Under the pieces are notes generated by a model, which saw only the letters and a list, made by a program, of their open reading frames with translations, ran no database searches and had not been told where the DNA came from. A stretch of 63,969 nucleotides of DNA, the filler included, from Candidatus Rokuibacteriota bacterium (lineage in GTDB: Bacteria > JAUVQV01 > DATDCY01), in the NCBI GenBank assembly GCA_031406795.1. It is 6 parts of 6 records of this genome, joined end to end, with 100 filler letters (N's around TTAATTAATTAA, not from the genome) between each part and the next. Parts side by side here need not be neighbours in the genome. Positions count along the whole stretch, not along the records: positions 45,484 to 61,740 come from JANOHV010000097.1; 5 more parts are not named here. One strand, 5' to 3'. Of this stretch, positions 50,809 to 60,278 are shown piece after piece. How positions within the stretch are numbered: the first letter of the stretch is position 1; each line of letters begins with the position of its first letter. The translations under genes and the position numbers were made by a program.

Positions 50809-52289
50809 AAAGAGCGACAACAGTGCATATGAGTGCTCCCGGCGTGCTGAGGCAGAAGCCTCCGCTGCTTGCGGGCAGAGCCCGCTGCATGTTCGGCACG
50901 GACGGGGTCCGCGGACGGGCCAACGTCGAACCGATGACTTCGGAGACGGCGCTGCGGCTCGGCCGCGCCTGCGCCCACGTCTTTCGCGACGGCGAGCGGC
51001 GCCACCGGGTGCTCATCGGCAAGGACACCCGCCTGTCCGGCTACATGCTCGAGAGCGCGCTGACCTCGGGGATCTGCTCGATGGGCGTCGACGTCGTCCT
51101 GGTCGGGCCGCTGCCGTCGCCGGGGATCGCCTTCATGACGCGCAGCCTGCGCGCCGACGCCGGAGTCGTGATCTCGGCCTCGCACAACCCCTATGAGGAC
51201 AACGGCATCAAGTTCTTCTCGCGCGAGGGCTTCAAGCTGCCGGACGCGCTCGAGGCCGAGATCGAGGATCTCGTGCTCTCCGGGCGCATCGACCACGTGC
51301 GCCCGACGGCGGACGACATCGGCAAGGCCTTTCGCGTCGACGACGCGGTCGGCCGCTACGTCGAGTTCGCGAAGAGCTCCTTCCCGCGGGAGCTGACGCT
51401 CAAGGGGCTCAAGGTGGTCGTCGACTGCGCCCACGGCGCAGCCTACAAGGTCACGCCGGAGGTCCTGCGCGAGCTCGGCGCCGAAGTCACGGTTCTCAAC
51501 GCCCAGCCGGACGGGCGCAACATCAACCTCGGGTGCGGCTCGGTGCACCCGGAGGTCGTTTGCGCCGCCGTGCGCCGCGCCAAGGCGCACGTTGGGCTGA
51601 CGCACGACGGGGACGCCGACCGGGTGCTGCTCTGCGACGAGCGCGGCCGCCTCGTCGACGGCGACCAGATGCTCGCGATCTGCGCGCTCGATCTGCAGGC
51701 GCGCGGGCTGCTCGCCGGGGGCGGGGTCGTGGGCACCGTGATGAGCAACTACGGGCTGGAGCTGGCGCTGAAGAAGGCCGGCATCGCGCTTGAGCGGGCG
51801 CCGGTCGGCGACCGCTATGTCGTCGAGACGATGCAGCGCGGCGGCTACGTTCTCGGCGGCGAGCAGTCGGGCCACATCGTCTTTTTCGGGCACCAGACCA
51901 CCGGGGACGGCATCGTCACCGCGCTGCAGGTGCTCGCGGTGATGCAGCGTTCGGGGCGGACGCTCGCGAAGCTCGCCGGGGCGATGACGCGTTTTCCGCA
52001 GATTCTGATCAACGTGCCGACCGCGCGGCGCGTCACCGTGGCGGCCGTGCCCGAAATCGGGCGGGCGGTCGAGCAGGCGGAGGCGAAGCTCCGGGGTCGC
52101 GGACGCGTGCTGGTTCGTCCTTCGGGCACGGAGTCGAAGGTGCGGGTCATGGTCGAAGGCAAGGACCGGCGTGAGACCGAGGCGCTGGCGCGGGACATCG
52201 CGCAGGTCGTCACGCGGACGGTCGGGGAGCAGGCGCCCCCGCACCGGGAAGCGGCGGATCGAAAGCGCGGATCAAGGAGGGGCGCGTGA
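50805..52289 (+). CDS. glmM: Phosphoglucosamine mutase
   Basis: [34 protein letters not shown]; real start may be ATG 50889. Confidence 0.96.
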   Translation: MKRATTVHMSAPGVLRQKPPLLAGRARCMFGTDGVRGRANVEPMTSETALRLGRACAHVFRDGERRHRVLIGKDTRLSGYMLESALTSGICSMGVDVVLVGPLPSPGIAFMTRSLRADAGVVISASHNPYEDNGIKFFSREGFKLPDALEAEIEDLVLSGRIDHVRPTADDIGKAFRVDDAVGRYVEFAKSSFPRELTLKGLKVVVDCAHGAAYKVTPEVLRELGAEVTVLNAQPDGRNINLGCGSVHPEVVCAAVRRAKAHVGLTHDGDADRVLLCDERGRLVDGDQMLAICALDLQARGLLAGGGVVGTVMSNYGLELALKKAGIALERAPVGDRYVVETMQRGGYVLGGEQSGHIVFFGHQTTGDGIVTALQVLAVMQRSGRTLAKLAGAMTRFPQILINVPTARRVTVAAVPEIGRAVEQAEAKLRGRGRVLVRPSGTESKVRVMVEGKDRRETEALARDIAQVVTRTVGEQAPPHREAADRKRGSRRGA

Positions 52290-53017
52290 TGCGACGCATT
52301 CTGCTGGGCGTGAACATCGACCACGTCGCGACGCTGCGTCAGGCGCGGCGCGGTCGCGAGCCCGAGCCGCTCACCGCGGCGGCGCTCGCCGAAATCGGCG
52401 GCGCGGACCAGATCACCGTGCACCTGCGCGAGGACCGCCGGCATATCCAGGACCGGGATCTGGAACTGCTGCGGCGCACGGTGGCGACCTGGATCAACCT
52501 GGAGATGGCCGCGGTCCCGGAGATGGTGCGCGTCGCCCAGCGGCTGCGGCCGGAGGTGGCGACGCTGGTTCCGGAGAAGCGCCAGGAGATCACGACGGAG
52601 GGCGGGCTGGATGCCGCCGGCCAGGTGCGTTCGCTTGCGAAAGTCACGACGACGTTGAAGCGCGCCGGGATCCGGGTCAGTCTCTTCATCGACCCGGCGG
52701 CCTCGCAGATTCTCGCCAGCCGCGCGATCGGCGCGGACGCGGTTGAATTCAACACGGGGCAGTATGCCGAGGCGCGCACGCGGGCCGCGGCGCGGTCTGA
52801 ACTCGAGAAGCTGCGGGTGGCGTCCAGCCTGGCCGCCGAGCAGGGCCTGGCGGTCTTTGCCGGCCACGGCTTGAATTACCACAACATCCTCCCGGTCCGG
52901 GCGATCCCGGAACTCGAGGAGGTCAACATCGGCCACAGTATCGTTTCCCGCGCCCTGTTCGTCGGGCTGGAGCGCGCGGTGCGGGACATGGTGGAATTGC
53001 TGAACCGCCCGCAGTAA
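52286..53017 (+). CDS. pdxJ: Pyridoxine 5'-phosphate synthase
   Basis: [42 protein letters not shown]. Confidence 0.97.
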   Translation: MMRRILLGVNIDHVATLRQARRGREPEPLTAAALAEIGGADQITVHLREDRRHIQDRDLELLRRTVATWINLEMAAVPEMVRVAQRLRPEVATLVPEKRQEITTEGGLDAAGQVRSLAKVTTTLKRAGIRVSLFIDPAASQILASRAIGADAVEFNTGQYAEARTRAAARSELEKLRVASSLAAEQGLAVFAGHGLNYHNILPVRAIPELEEVNIGHSIVSRALFVGLERAVRDMVELLNRPQ

Positions 53018-53091
53018 CGGGACCACGAAGCCCGCACGAGAACAGAAGTTTATCTTGGATTTTACCGGCAGCAACGAGGGAGGGCACGACG

Positions 53092-53757
53092 ATGCGTGAC
53101 GCGAACGGCAGTGAAACGGTCGGCTACCGCGAGGGCAAGATACCCGAGGCGACGGTCCAGCGACTCTCGATCTACCTGCGCTACGTGACGCAGCTGCACC
53201 GCGACGAGGTCAAGGTGGTCTCCTCCTACGCGCTCTCCAAGGGCTGCGGGGTCAAGGCCGCGCAGGTGCGCAAGGATTTCGCCTACTTTGGCGAACTCGG
53301 CGTGCGCGGCGTCGGCTACTATGTGAACGATCTCTACGCGGACCTGAAGAAGATCCTCGGACTCGAGCAGGTTTGGGAGGTCGCCCTGGTCGGCGCGGGA
53401 CACCTCGGGTCGGCGCTCACCGCGTATCGCGGCTTCGAGGAATACGGCTTCACGATTTCGGCGATCTTCGACCTGCATCCCGAGGCGCTTCCCGCGGCGC
53501 TGCGCGAACGCCACGAGGTCCACCCGATCGAGCAGCTGCGCGAGATCGTCACCCGGCAGAAGATCCGCATTGCGATCCTCGCCGTTCCGGCGGCCGCGGC
53601 ACAGGAGGCGGTCGACGCGCTGGTCGAGGCCGGGGTGAAGGCCATTTTGAACTTCGCACCGGCTCGGCTGGAGGGACCTCCCGGGGTCAAAATCCGCAAT
53701 GTCGACCTCGCCGTTGACCTCGGGGTGCTCTCCTTCTTCGTGACCGGGAAAAAATAA
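53092..53757 (+). CDS. rex: Redox-sensing transcriptional repressor Rex
   Basis: IPEATVQRLSIY, QVRKDFAYFGELG.RGVGY, VGAGHLG.AL, ILNFAP. Confidence 0.95.
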   Translation: MRDANGSETVGYREGKIPEATVQRLSIYLRYVTQLHRDEVKVVSSYALSKGCGVKAAQVRKDFAYFGELGVRGVGYYVNDLYADLKKILGLEQVWEVALVGAGHLGSALTAYRGFEEYGFTISAIFDLHPEALPAALRERHEVHPIEQLREIVTRQKIRIAILAVPAAAAQEAVDALVEAGVKAILNFAPARLEGPPGVKIRNVDLAVDLGVLSFFVTGKK

Positions 53758-53785
53758 TTCAAGTGCGGATGAAGAATGATATGCG

Positions 53786-53798
53786 TAAGATATTGATA
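53786..53798 (-). promoter_or_regulatory. IHF-consensus site in AT-rich region upstream of nrdD
   Basis: Minus strand TATCAATATCTTA fits WATCAANNNNTTR. Confidence 0.35.
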
Positions 53799-53929
53799 AC
53801 ATGAGAAAATATTATTATCACAAATAGGATTTCTGCGATTGGTGGAGCATTCTTGAGATTCTTGAAGCATTAGAGGCGAAACGGCGCTATTTCTGCGGGT
53901 GAGTTTTCTTCCGCCGTTTGGCGTTGTCC

Positions 53930-53976
53930 ACACAAGATATTGTGCCCTGTTCCTGATCTGCCCCAAGATGTGACCA
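53930..53976 (+). promoter_or_regulatory. NrdR box, with a weaker second box 31 bp downstream
   Basis: ACACAAGATATTGTG fits acaCwAtATaTwGtg; degenerate CCCCAAGATGTG at 53961; directly upstream of nrdD. Confidence 0.75.
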
Positions 53977-54031
53977 TTTCCTGCCTATCTCTGGGGAAGG
54001 GTTGCAGCTCGCAACGGGGGGGCCTGATCGC

Positions 54032-56146
54032 ATGGTACAGGGAAATCAGCCGGGCGTACTGGATGTGCCGAAGCCTGTCTCCGAGGAGACCACCGACAGC
54101 GCGCTGTTCGTGCGCACCTCCACGGAGGGGATGGTGGACTTCTCCCGCGAGCGCATCGTCGAGGCGCTGGTGCGCGAGACGCTTCTCGATCAGGAGACGG
54201 CCGGGCTGATCGGCCGCGAGGTCGAGGAGCAGATTCGCGCGTTTCACACCCGCACGCTGACGGCGCCGCTGATCCGCGAACTCGTCGACGCAAAACTGCT
54301 CGAACACGGGCTCGAAGGCGCGCGCCGGCTGCACACCCGGCTCGGCATGCCCCTCTATGACGTGGAGCAGTTGCTGCTCTCGCCGAACAAGGAGAACGCG
54401 AACATCCCCCATGGGCCCGAGGCGACGAACCTCACGCTCGCCGAGAACATCAAGAAGGAGTACGCGCTGCTGCGGGTCTTCTCGCCGGAGGTGGCCGACG
54501 CGCACACGCGCGGGGACCTGCACCTGCACGATCTGGGCTTCATCGATCGGCCCTACTGCTCGGGTCAGTCGCTGGAATACGTCAAGAAGTTCGGCCTGAA
54601 CTTCCCGCACGCGCTCTCGATCGCCAAGCCGGCGCGCCACCCCGAAGTGCTGCTCGCGCACATGGTGAAGTTCTCCGCGGCCCTGCAGAGCCACTTCGCG
54701 GGGGCCATCGGCTGGGACGCCGTGAACGTCTTCTTCGCGCCGTTTCTCGTCGGCCTCCCCGACCGCGAGGTGCGCCAGCTGGCGCAGATCCTGATCTACG
54801 AGTACTCGCAGCAGGCCGTCGCGCGCGGCGGCCAGGCGATCTTCTCGGATATCAACCTCTACTGGGAAACCCCGAAGCACTTCGAGACGGTGCCGGCCAT
54901 CGGTCCCGGCGGCGCGTACACCGGCAAGACCTACGCCGACTACCTGCCCGAGGCGCAGCGCTTCGTCAAGGCGCTCTTCGAGGTCTACCTCGGCGGTGAC
55001 GGCGCCGGGCGGCCCTTCTTCTTCCCGAAACCGCTGGTGCACATCACCGAGAAGCTCTTCCGGACCCCCGGGCACGAGGAGTTCCTCGACCTGATCTGCA
55101 CCGTAGCGGCCGAGAAGGGGAACACCTACTTCGTCTTCGACCGCGGCGAGACCGCCAAGATCTCCGAATGCTGCCGCCTCTCCTTCAAGCTCGAGAAGTC
55201 GGATCTCGAGGACGCGCGCGAGCCCTGGCGGATGCGCTACTCGGCGCTGCAGAACGTGACGCTGAACCTGCCGCGCGCGGCCTACGAGGCGTCCGGGGAT
55301 TCGACGAAGCTGTTCGCGCGCCTGATCGAGCTGATGGAGACCGCGACCCAGGCGCACGTCGAGAAACGCGCCTTTTTGACGCGGCTGCTCGAGATGGGCG
55401 AGCGCGGCCCGCTGGCGCTGCTGACGATGGCCCCCGACGGTCAGCCCTACCTGCGGATGCACCGGGCGACGCACCTGATCGGCATGGTCGGCCTCAATGA
55501 ACTGGTGCAGGCGCACACCGGCGAGGAGCTGCACGAGTCCGACGCGGCGCTGCGCTTCGGCCTGCGCGTCATCGCGCATCTGCAGCTGGTCGGCAAGAAG
55601 ATCGGCGAGCGCCGCGGGATGCGCTTCGTCCTCGAGCAGACGCCGGCGGAGTCGACCGCCTACCGCTTCGCGCGCCTCGACTTGCGCTACCACCCCGGTC
55701 CGGCCGGATACCACGTCAAGGGCGACGCGGCGCGCGGCGAGGTCTACTACACCAATTCGACGTACCTCAACGTCCAGGCGCCGATCAACCCGATCGAGCG
55801 CGTGAAACGCGAGGGGCTCTTTCACCCGCTGATCGAGGCCGGCTCGCTCTCGCACATCTGGCTCGGCGAGTCGCGTCCGTCGGCGGGGTCGCTCCGGGAC
55901 TTCGTCGTCAAGACATTCCGGCACACGCAGAACGACCAGATCGCGTTCTCGCCGGAGTTCACCAGCTGCAACGCCTGTCAGCGCACCTGCCGCGGCCTGC
56001 AGGCGCAGTGTCCCTCCTGCGGCTCGGAGGAGATCGACGGGATCACGCGGATCACGGGGTACTTCACGCGGGTCTCCTCGTGGAACAAGGGCAAGCGCGG
56101 GGAGCTGCACGATCGGTATCGCTCCTCGGGCCACTACCAGGCATAG
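54032..56146 (+). CDS. nrdD: Anaerobic (class III) ribonucleoside-triphosphate reductase
   Basis: ATP-cone-like N-terminus, GDLHLHDL, PYC, SECCRL, TPAES, CNAC..CPSC, TRITGY glycyl-radical loop. Confidence 0.95.
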   Translation: MVQGNQPGVLDVPKPVSEETTDSALFVRTSTEGMVDFSRERIVEALVRETLLDQETAGLIGREVEEQIRAFHTRTLTAPLIRELVDAKLLEHGLEGARRLHTRLGMPLYDVEQLLLSPNKENANIPHGPEATNLTLAENIKKEYALLRVFSPEVADAHTRGDLHLHDLGFIDRPYCSGQSLEYVKKFGLNFPHALSIAKPARHPEVLLAHMVKFSAALQSHFAGAIGWDAVNVFFAPFLVGLPDREVRQLAQILIYEYSQQAVARGGQAIFSDINLYWETPKHFETVPAIGPGGAYTGKTYADYLPEAQRFVKALFEVYLGGDGAGRPFFFPKPLVHITEKLFRTPGHEEFLDLICTVAAEKGNTYFVFDRGETAKISECCRLSFKLEKSDLEDAREPWRMRYSALQNVTLNLPRAAYEASGDSTKLFARLIELMETATQAHVEKRAFLTRLLEMGERGPLALLTMAPDGQPYLRMHRATHLIGMVGLNELVQAHTGEELHESDAALRFGLRVIAHLQLVGKKIGERRGMRFVLEQTPAESTAYRFARLDLRYHPGPAGYHVKGDAARGEVYYTNSTYLNVQAPINPIERVKREGLFHPLIEAGSLSHIWLGESRPSAGSLRDFVVKTFRHTQNDQIAFSPEFTSCNACQRTCRGLQAQCPSCGSEEIDGITRITGYFTRVSSWNKGKRGELHDRYRSSGHYQA

Positions 56147-56170
56147 AGAATTGTTTCAACCCACAGCAAG

Positions 56171-56295
56171 GCAGGTTGCTCAAAAGGGTCCAGGTGCAAG
56201 GCGCGCGACGATCCGGCGACTGAGGCGTACGACCGTACGCCGCAGGGAGCCGGGAGGAGCGCAACGCCGCAGATGGGCCCTTTTCAGCGGCCTGC
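56171..56295 (+). repeat. Long-hairpin element, copy 5
   Basis: GCAGGTTGCTCAAAAGGGTCCAGGTGCAAGGCG...GAGGCGTACGACCGTACGCCGCA...CAACGCCGCAGATGGGCCCTTTTCAGCGGCCTGC. Confidence 0.93.
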
Positions 56296-56308
56296 CGGGA
56301 GGACGGAC

Positions 56309-56542
56309 ATGAAGCTGTTCACGAAGCCGGGATGCGAGAAGTGCGACTGGGTCAAGGCCAACCTGCCTGAGGGCGTGACGGTCGCCATGCACGACATTCT
56401 CACCGCCGACGGGCTCGCGGAACTGGCCTTTCACGAGTTGGTCTCGATCGCCGAAAAGCAGCTGCCGATCCTGCGGCTGCGCGGCGGCGAGATCGTCACC
56501 GGGGCGATCCAGATTCGCAAGGAACTTGCGGCAACCCTCTAG
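56309..56542 (+). CDS. Small glutaredoxin/NrdH-like redoxin
   Basis: RBS GGAGG; MKLFTKPGCEKCDWVK...GLAELAF...LPIL; CxxC. Confidence 0.8.
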   Translation: MKLFTKPGCEKCDWVKANLPEGVTVAMHDILTADGLAELAFHELVSIAEKQLPILRLRGGEIVTGAIQIRKELAATL

Positions 56543-56560
56543 CAGCGGGCTGATCAGACC

Positions 56561-57244
56561 GTGCTCCGTAACACCGATTTCGGCATCAAGGGGTTCCTCG
56601 AGACTTCGTTCCTCGACTGGCCGGGGCGCCTGGCGGCCGTCGTCTTTCTCGGCGGCTGCAACTTCCGCTGTCCGTTCTGCCACAACGCCGAACTGGTGCT
56701 CGAGCCGCACCGGCTCCCCTCGATCCCGCTCGACGCCGTCCTCGGGCGCCTGCGTGCGCTGCGGGGCTGGGTGGACGGCATCGTGGTCAGCGGCGGCGAG
56801 CCGACGCTCTCGCCGCGCCTCCCCGAGTTGCTCGGGCGGATCCGCGGGCAGGGGTTCGACATCAAGCTGGACACGAACGGCAGCTGCCCGGAACTCCTGG
56901 CGAAGCTGGCGGCGCGCCGGCTGGTCCAGGCGTTCGACATGGACCTGAAGGCGCCGCTGGAGCCGGCCCGGTACGCGGCGCTCGCCGGCGTGCCGGTGCG
57001 CCTGGAACTGATCCGCGCGAGCATCGACCTGATCCGGAACTCCGGGCTGCCGCACCGCTTTCGGACGACGTACGTCCCGGGCCTGCTCGACCCCGCCGCC
57101 ATCGTTCGCCTGCGGGCGGCGGCGGCCGGGTCGCCCCACGTCCTGCAGGCCTTCAACCCGAAGCGGGTGCTCGACCCGGCGCTCCGGTCCGTGGCGGCCC
57201 CTTCTGCGGAGGAGATGCAGGTCCTCGGGGGGACGGCCGCTTGA
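56561..57244 (+). CDS. nrdG: Anaerobic RNR activating radical SAM enzyme
   Basis: SFLDWPG, GCNFRCPFCHN, SGGEPT, KLDTNGS. Confidence 0.93.
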   Translation: MLRNTDFGIKGFLETSFLDWPGRLAAVVFLGGCNFRCPFCHNAELVLEPHRLPSIPLDAVLGRLRALRGWVDGIVVSGGEPTLSPRLPELLGRIRGQGFDIKLDTNGSCPELLAKLAARRLVQAFDMDLKAPLEPARYAALAGVPVRLELIRASIDLIRNSGLPHRFRTTYVPGLLDPAAIVRLRAAAAGSPHVLQAFNPKRVLDPALRSVAAPSAEEMQVLGGTAA

Positions 57245-57293
57245 ATAGCCGTCATGCCGGCGATATCATTACAGAGAATGTTTACGGGCAGCG

Positions 57294-58529
57294 TTGCGCA
57301 CGCATAGCGCATGGGTTGTGGGCGGGGCGGGCGCGGCTCTGTTGGGCGCCCTGCTGCTGTTCCACGGGCTTGATCCCTGGCGTTATCCCAATGATGACAA
57401 CGGCGCCTGGTTCAGCGCGGTCGCGAAAAGTCATCTGACGGTCGGCCTGGGGGCCACCCGCGGGCAGGATTTCTTCACCTCACGGACGACCGGTGAACTG
57501 GTCCCGTACCTTCACCACCCTCCGCTGCCGGGGCTGATCCTCGCGGCCGCGTTCAGCATAACGGGGAGCACGTCCCCCGGCACCGCACGAATGACTTTCG
57601 CGCTCCTCCACCTCTTCATCTTCGCGCTCGTCGCGTATCTTGGCGCTCTGTTGTGGAACCCGACAAGACAGGGCTATCTCTTCACCTGGGTCGCGGCGGT
57701 CGTCGCCACGGTGCCGATGAGCGCCTACTACGGGAAAATGCCGAACCACGAGGTGCCGGGGTTGCTGTTCTGGCTGCTGGGCATCGTGGCGTGGGGGTTC
57801 CCAACGGGCCCGTCATCGCCCCGCCAAGTGATCCTGGCCTGCCTGGCCTGGTCCGTTGCCGTCTTTTCTTCCTGGCACGTGGTGTTTTGCGCTTTCGGCT
57901 GGTTGCTCATGCAGTGGGACGTCAAGCAGCGTCGCTTCGTATTGTTGGCGTCGTTGTGGGTCGCAGCGGCAACTCTGGGCGTTCTGACACACTTGGTGTG
58001 GGCTGGGGGCTGGGTCCTGCTCGATTCCCAGTCACGATCGGCAGGCTATTGGTTCGCCGGCAGCGACGGGGCCTCCCTGGCAGCCCGTCTCGGGTATCTG
58101 AACCACGCCCTGGGTATTGCCATCAACCGGTTCGCGCAGCTCCCGGCGCTGCTCAGCATCGTCTGGCTGCTGACCCTGTCCTGCGAAATCGTTCGCAACG
58201 GCCGGCGTCCCGACGCGCGGGATCGCGCTCTGCTCGGGCTGGGTCTCGGCTCGATGGTCTATTATCTGTTGTTTCCCCGTGCAGTCAGCTTTCACGCCTA
58301 CCAGGGCTTCTACATGATTCCGTTCGTCGCGCTGACTTCCTCCGTGGCGCTGCAGCGCCTGTTGCAGTCGTCGTTCCTTGCGACGCGGCCGCGTCTCGGG
58401 CAGGCGCTCCCCGCCGTCCTGCTGGGGCTGACCTGCCTCCTTGGCGTCGTCACGACCGTGCGGATGTATCGCGCGCCCTCACCGCGGGTGGTCGAGGCCA
58501 CCCGGGCGCTGGAGAGTCAATACCGATGA
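57294..58529 (+). CDS. Polytopic membrane protein, probable GT-C (ArnT/PMT-like) glycosyltransferase
   Basis: DD after TM1, PYLHHPPLPGL, YYGKMPNHE, many TM helices; start uncertain. Confidence 0.7.
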   Translation: MRTHSAWVVGGAGAALLGALLLFHGLDPWRYPNDDNGAWFSAVAKSHLTVGLGATRGQDFFTSRTTGELVPYLHHPPLPGLILAAAFSITGSTSPGTARMTFALLHLFIFALVAYLGALLWNPTRQGYLFTWVAAVVATVPMSAYYGKMPNHEVPGLLFWLLGIVAWGFPTGPSSPRQVILACLAWSVAVFSSWHVVFCAFGWLLMQWDVKQRRFVLLASLWVAAATLGVLTHLVWAGGWVLLDSQSRSAGYWFAGSDGASLAARLGYLNHALGIAINRFAQLPALLSIVWLLTLSCEIVRNGRRPDARDRALLGLGLGSMVYYLLFPRAVSFHAYQGFYMIPFVALTSSVALQRLLQSSFLATRPRLGQALPAVLLGLTCLLGVVTTVRMYRAPSPRVVEATRALESQYR

Positions 58530-59275
58530 ACACGACTCAGGGAGCCCGACTCGCGCGCGTGGCGTCGGTCGTCGCGCTCATTCCCGCCTTCAAGCCGGAT
58601 GGACTGCTGGTCGATCTCGTCCGGGAGCTGCTGGCCGGCGGGTTTGGCTCGATCGTCGTGGTGGACGACGGGAGTCCCGCCGCATCGGCTCCGGTGTTCG
58701 ATCGGATCGCGGCGATCCCCGGCTGCAGGCTGCTGCGGCACGAGGTGAACCGCGGCAAGGGCCGGGCAATCAAGACCGGATTGGCGTTCCTGCTCGAGCG
58801 GTACCCCGACGCCGCAGCGGTCCTCACCATCGACGCCGACGGCCAGCACCGGGCGAAGGATGCCGTGCTCGTGGCCGAGTCGTTTCTTGCCGCTCCGGAG
58901 GCGCTCGTGATCGGGTCCCGGAAACTCGCCAGGCATGCGCCGTGGCGCAGCCGGTTCGGCAACCGGCTCACGCGCCAGGTGTTCCGCTGGGTGGCGGGGG
59001 TGCGGCTCGGCGACACGCAATCGGGGCTGCGCTGCTTCTCGCGCACGCTCATCCCGTCCCTGCTGGCGCTCGCCGGCGAGCGCTACGAGTACGAGATGAA
59101 CGTGCTCGGCGCCTGCCCGAAGCTGGGGGTGCCGCTGCGGGAGATCGGCATCGAGACGGTCTATTTCGCCGGCAATCCCTCGTCGCACTTCAATCCGGTC
59201 GCGGACTCGGCGAAGATCTACGCCCTGCTGCTGCGTTTGTCGCTCGCGCGGCTGCTGGCGCGGATCCGTCGCTGA
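58526..59275 (+). CDS. GT2 polyprenol-phosphate glycosyltransferase (DPM1-like)
   Basis: LIPAFKP, VVDDGS, NRGKGRAIK, DADGQH, DTQSGLR. Confidence 0.9.
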   Translation: MNTTQGARLARVASVVALIPAFKPDGLLVDLVRELLAGGFGSIVVVDDGSPAASAPVFDRIAAIPGCRLLRHEVNRGKGRAIKTGLAFLLERYPDAAAVLTIDADGQHRAKDAVLVAESFLAAPEALVIGSRKLARHAPWRSRFGNRLTRQVFRWVAGVRLGDTQSGLRCFSRTLIPSLLALAGERYEYEMNVLGACPKLGVPLREIGIETVYFAGNPSSHFNPVADSAKIYALLLRLSLARLLARIRR

Positions 59276-59316
59276 GCCTCACCCGTCGCCGCCGCTGACC
59301 GCGGCCTTTTCGGGAG

Positions 59317-60219
59317 TCAGTCGTAGCCCTGCACCCACCCTTCTTCGATGCCGAGCCGGCCGAGCGCGCGCCGCGCGGCGATCGCCTCCTCGCGCCAGAG
59401 TCGGCGCCCATAGACGGCGTGGCCGACGGCGCGATGCGCCGGAAAGTACTGGTACATCAGGCTCACCGGGACTCGCGCGTCGATACTCTGGAGCGCCGCG
59501 AGCACGGCGCGGGTGTCGGTGCCGCCGCCGGGCAGGACAAGATGGCGCACGAGCACGCCGCGACGCGCCAGCCCGTCGCGCCCGAGCTGCAGCGGGCCGA
59601 GCTGGCGCACCATTTCGGCGACGGCCTGCCGGTTGGCGAGGGCGTGGCGCGGGGCGCGGCTCAGGGTCCAGGCCCGGCGGTCGTCGGCGTACTTCATGTC
59701 CGGAAGGTAGATGTCGACGATGCCCGCGAGCAGCCGCAGCACCGGCAGCGACTCGTAACCGCCGCAATTCCAGACGACCGGCACGTCGAGGCTGGATTGG
59801 CGCGCGATCAGCAGCGCCTCGAGAATCTGCGGCACCCACGGGGTCGGGGTCACGAAATTGAGGTTGTGGACACCCTGGCGCGCGAGGCCGAGTAAGCCCT
59901 CGGCGAACTCTTCCGCGCCGAGATCGCGGCCGACGCCGAGGCGGCTGATCGGGTAATTCTGGCAGAAGCGGCAGGCGAGGTTGCACCCCGAGAGAAAGAC
60001 GTTGCCCGAGCCGCGGCTGCCGGAAATCGGCGGCTCCTCGCCGCGGTGGACGGCGAACGAGGCGACCCGCGCCAGGCTGCCGGCGCCGCAGAAACCCCGT
60101 TCGCCGCGGCTGCGGTCGACGCCGCAGGCGCGCGGGCACAGGGCGCAGCGCGTCAGGTGCGGCCGCGCCGCGCGGAACGCGCGTTCGAGCGCCTCCAGCC
60201 TTCGGGAAGCTCCATTCAT
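59317..60219 (-). CDS. Radical SAM protein, PflX-like
   Basis: CALCPRACGVDR, HRGEEPPISG, GCNLACRFCQN, DIYLPDMKY, VRHLVLPG. Confidence 0.9.
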   Translation of the reverse strand: MNGASRRLEALERAFRAARPHLTRCALCPRACGVDRSRGERGFCGAGSLARVASFAVHRGEEPPISGSRGSGNVFLSGCNLACRFCQNYPISRLGVGRDLGAEEFAEGLLGLARQGVHNLNFVTPTPWVPQILEALLIARQSSLDVPVVWNCGGYESLPVLRLLAGIVDIYLPDMKYADDRRAWTLSRAPRHALANRQAVAEMVRQLGPLQLGRDGLARRGVLVRHLVLPGGGTDTRAVLAALQSIDARVPVSLMYQYFPAHRAVGHAVYGRRLWREEAIAARRALGRLGIEEGWVQGYD

Positions 60220-60278
60220 CCCGAGCCAGTCTGGCGACGCCTCTTGATAAATGCAACGGTCTGCGGCTACTCTCGCGC

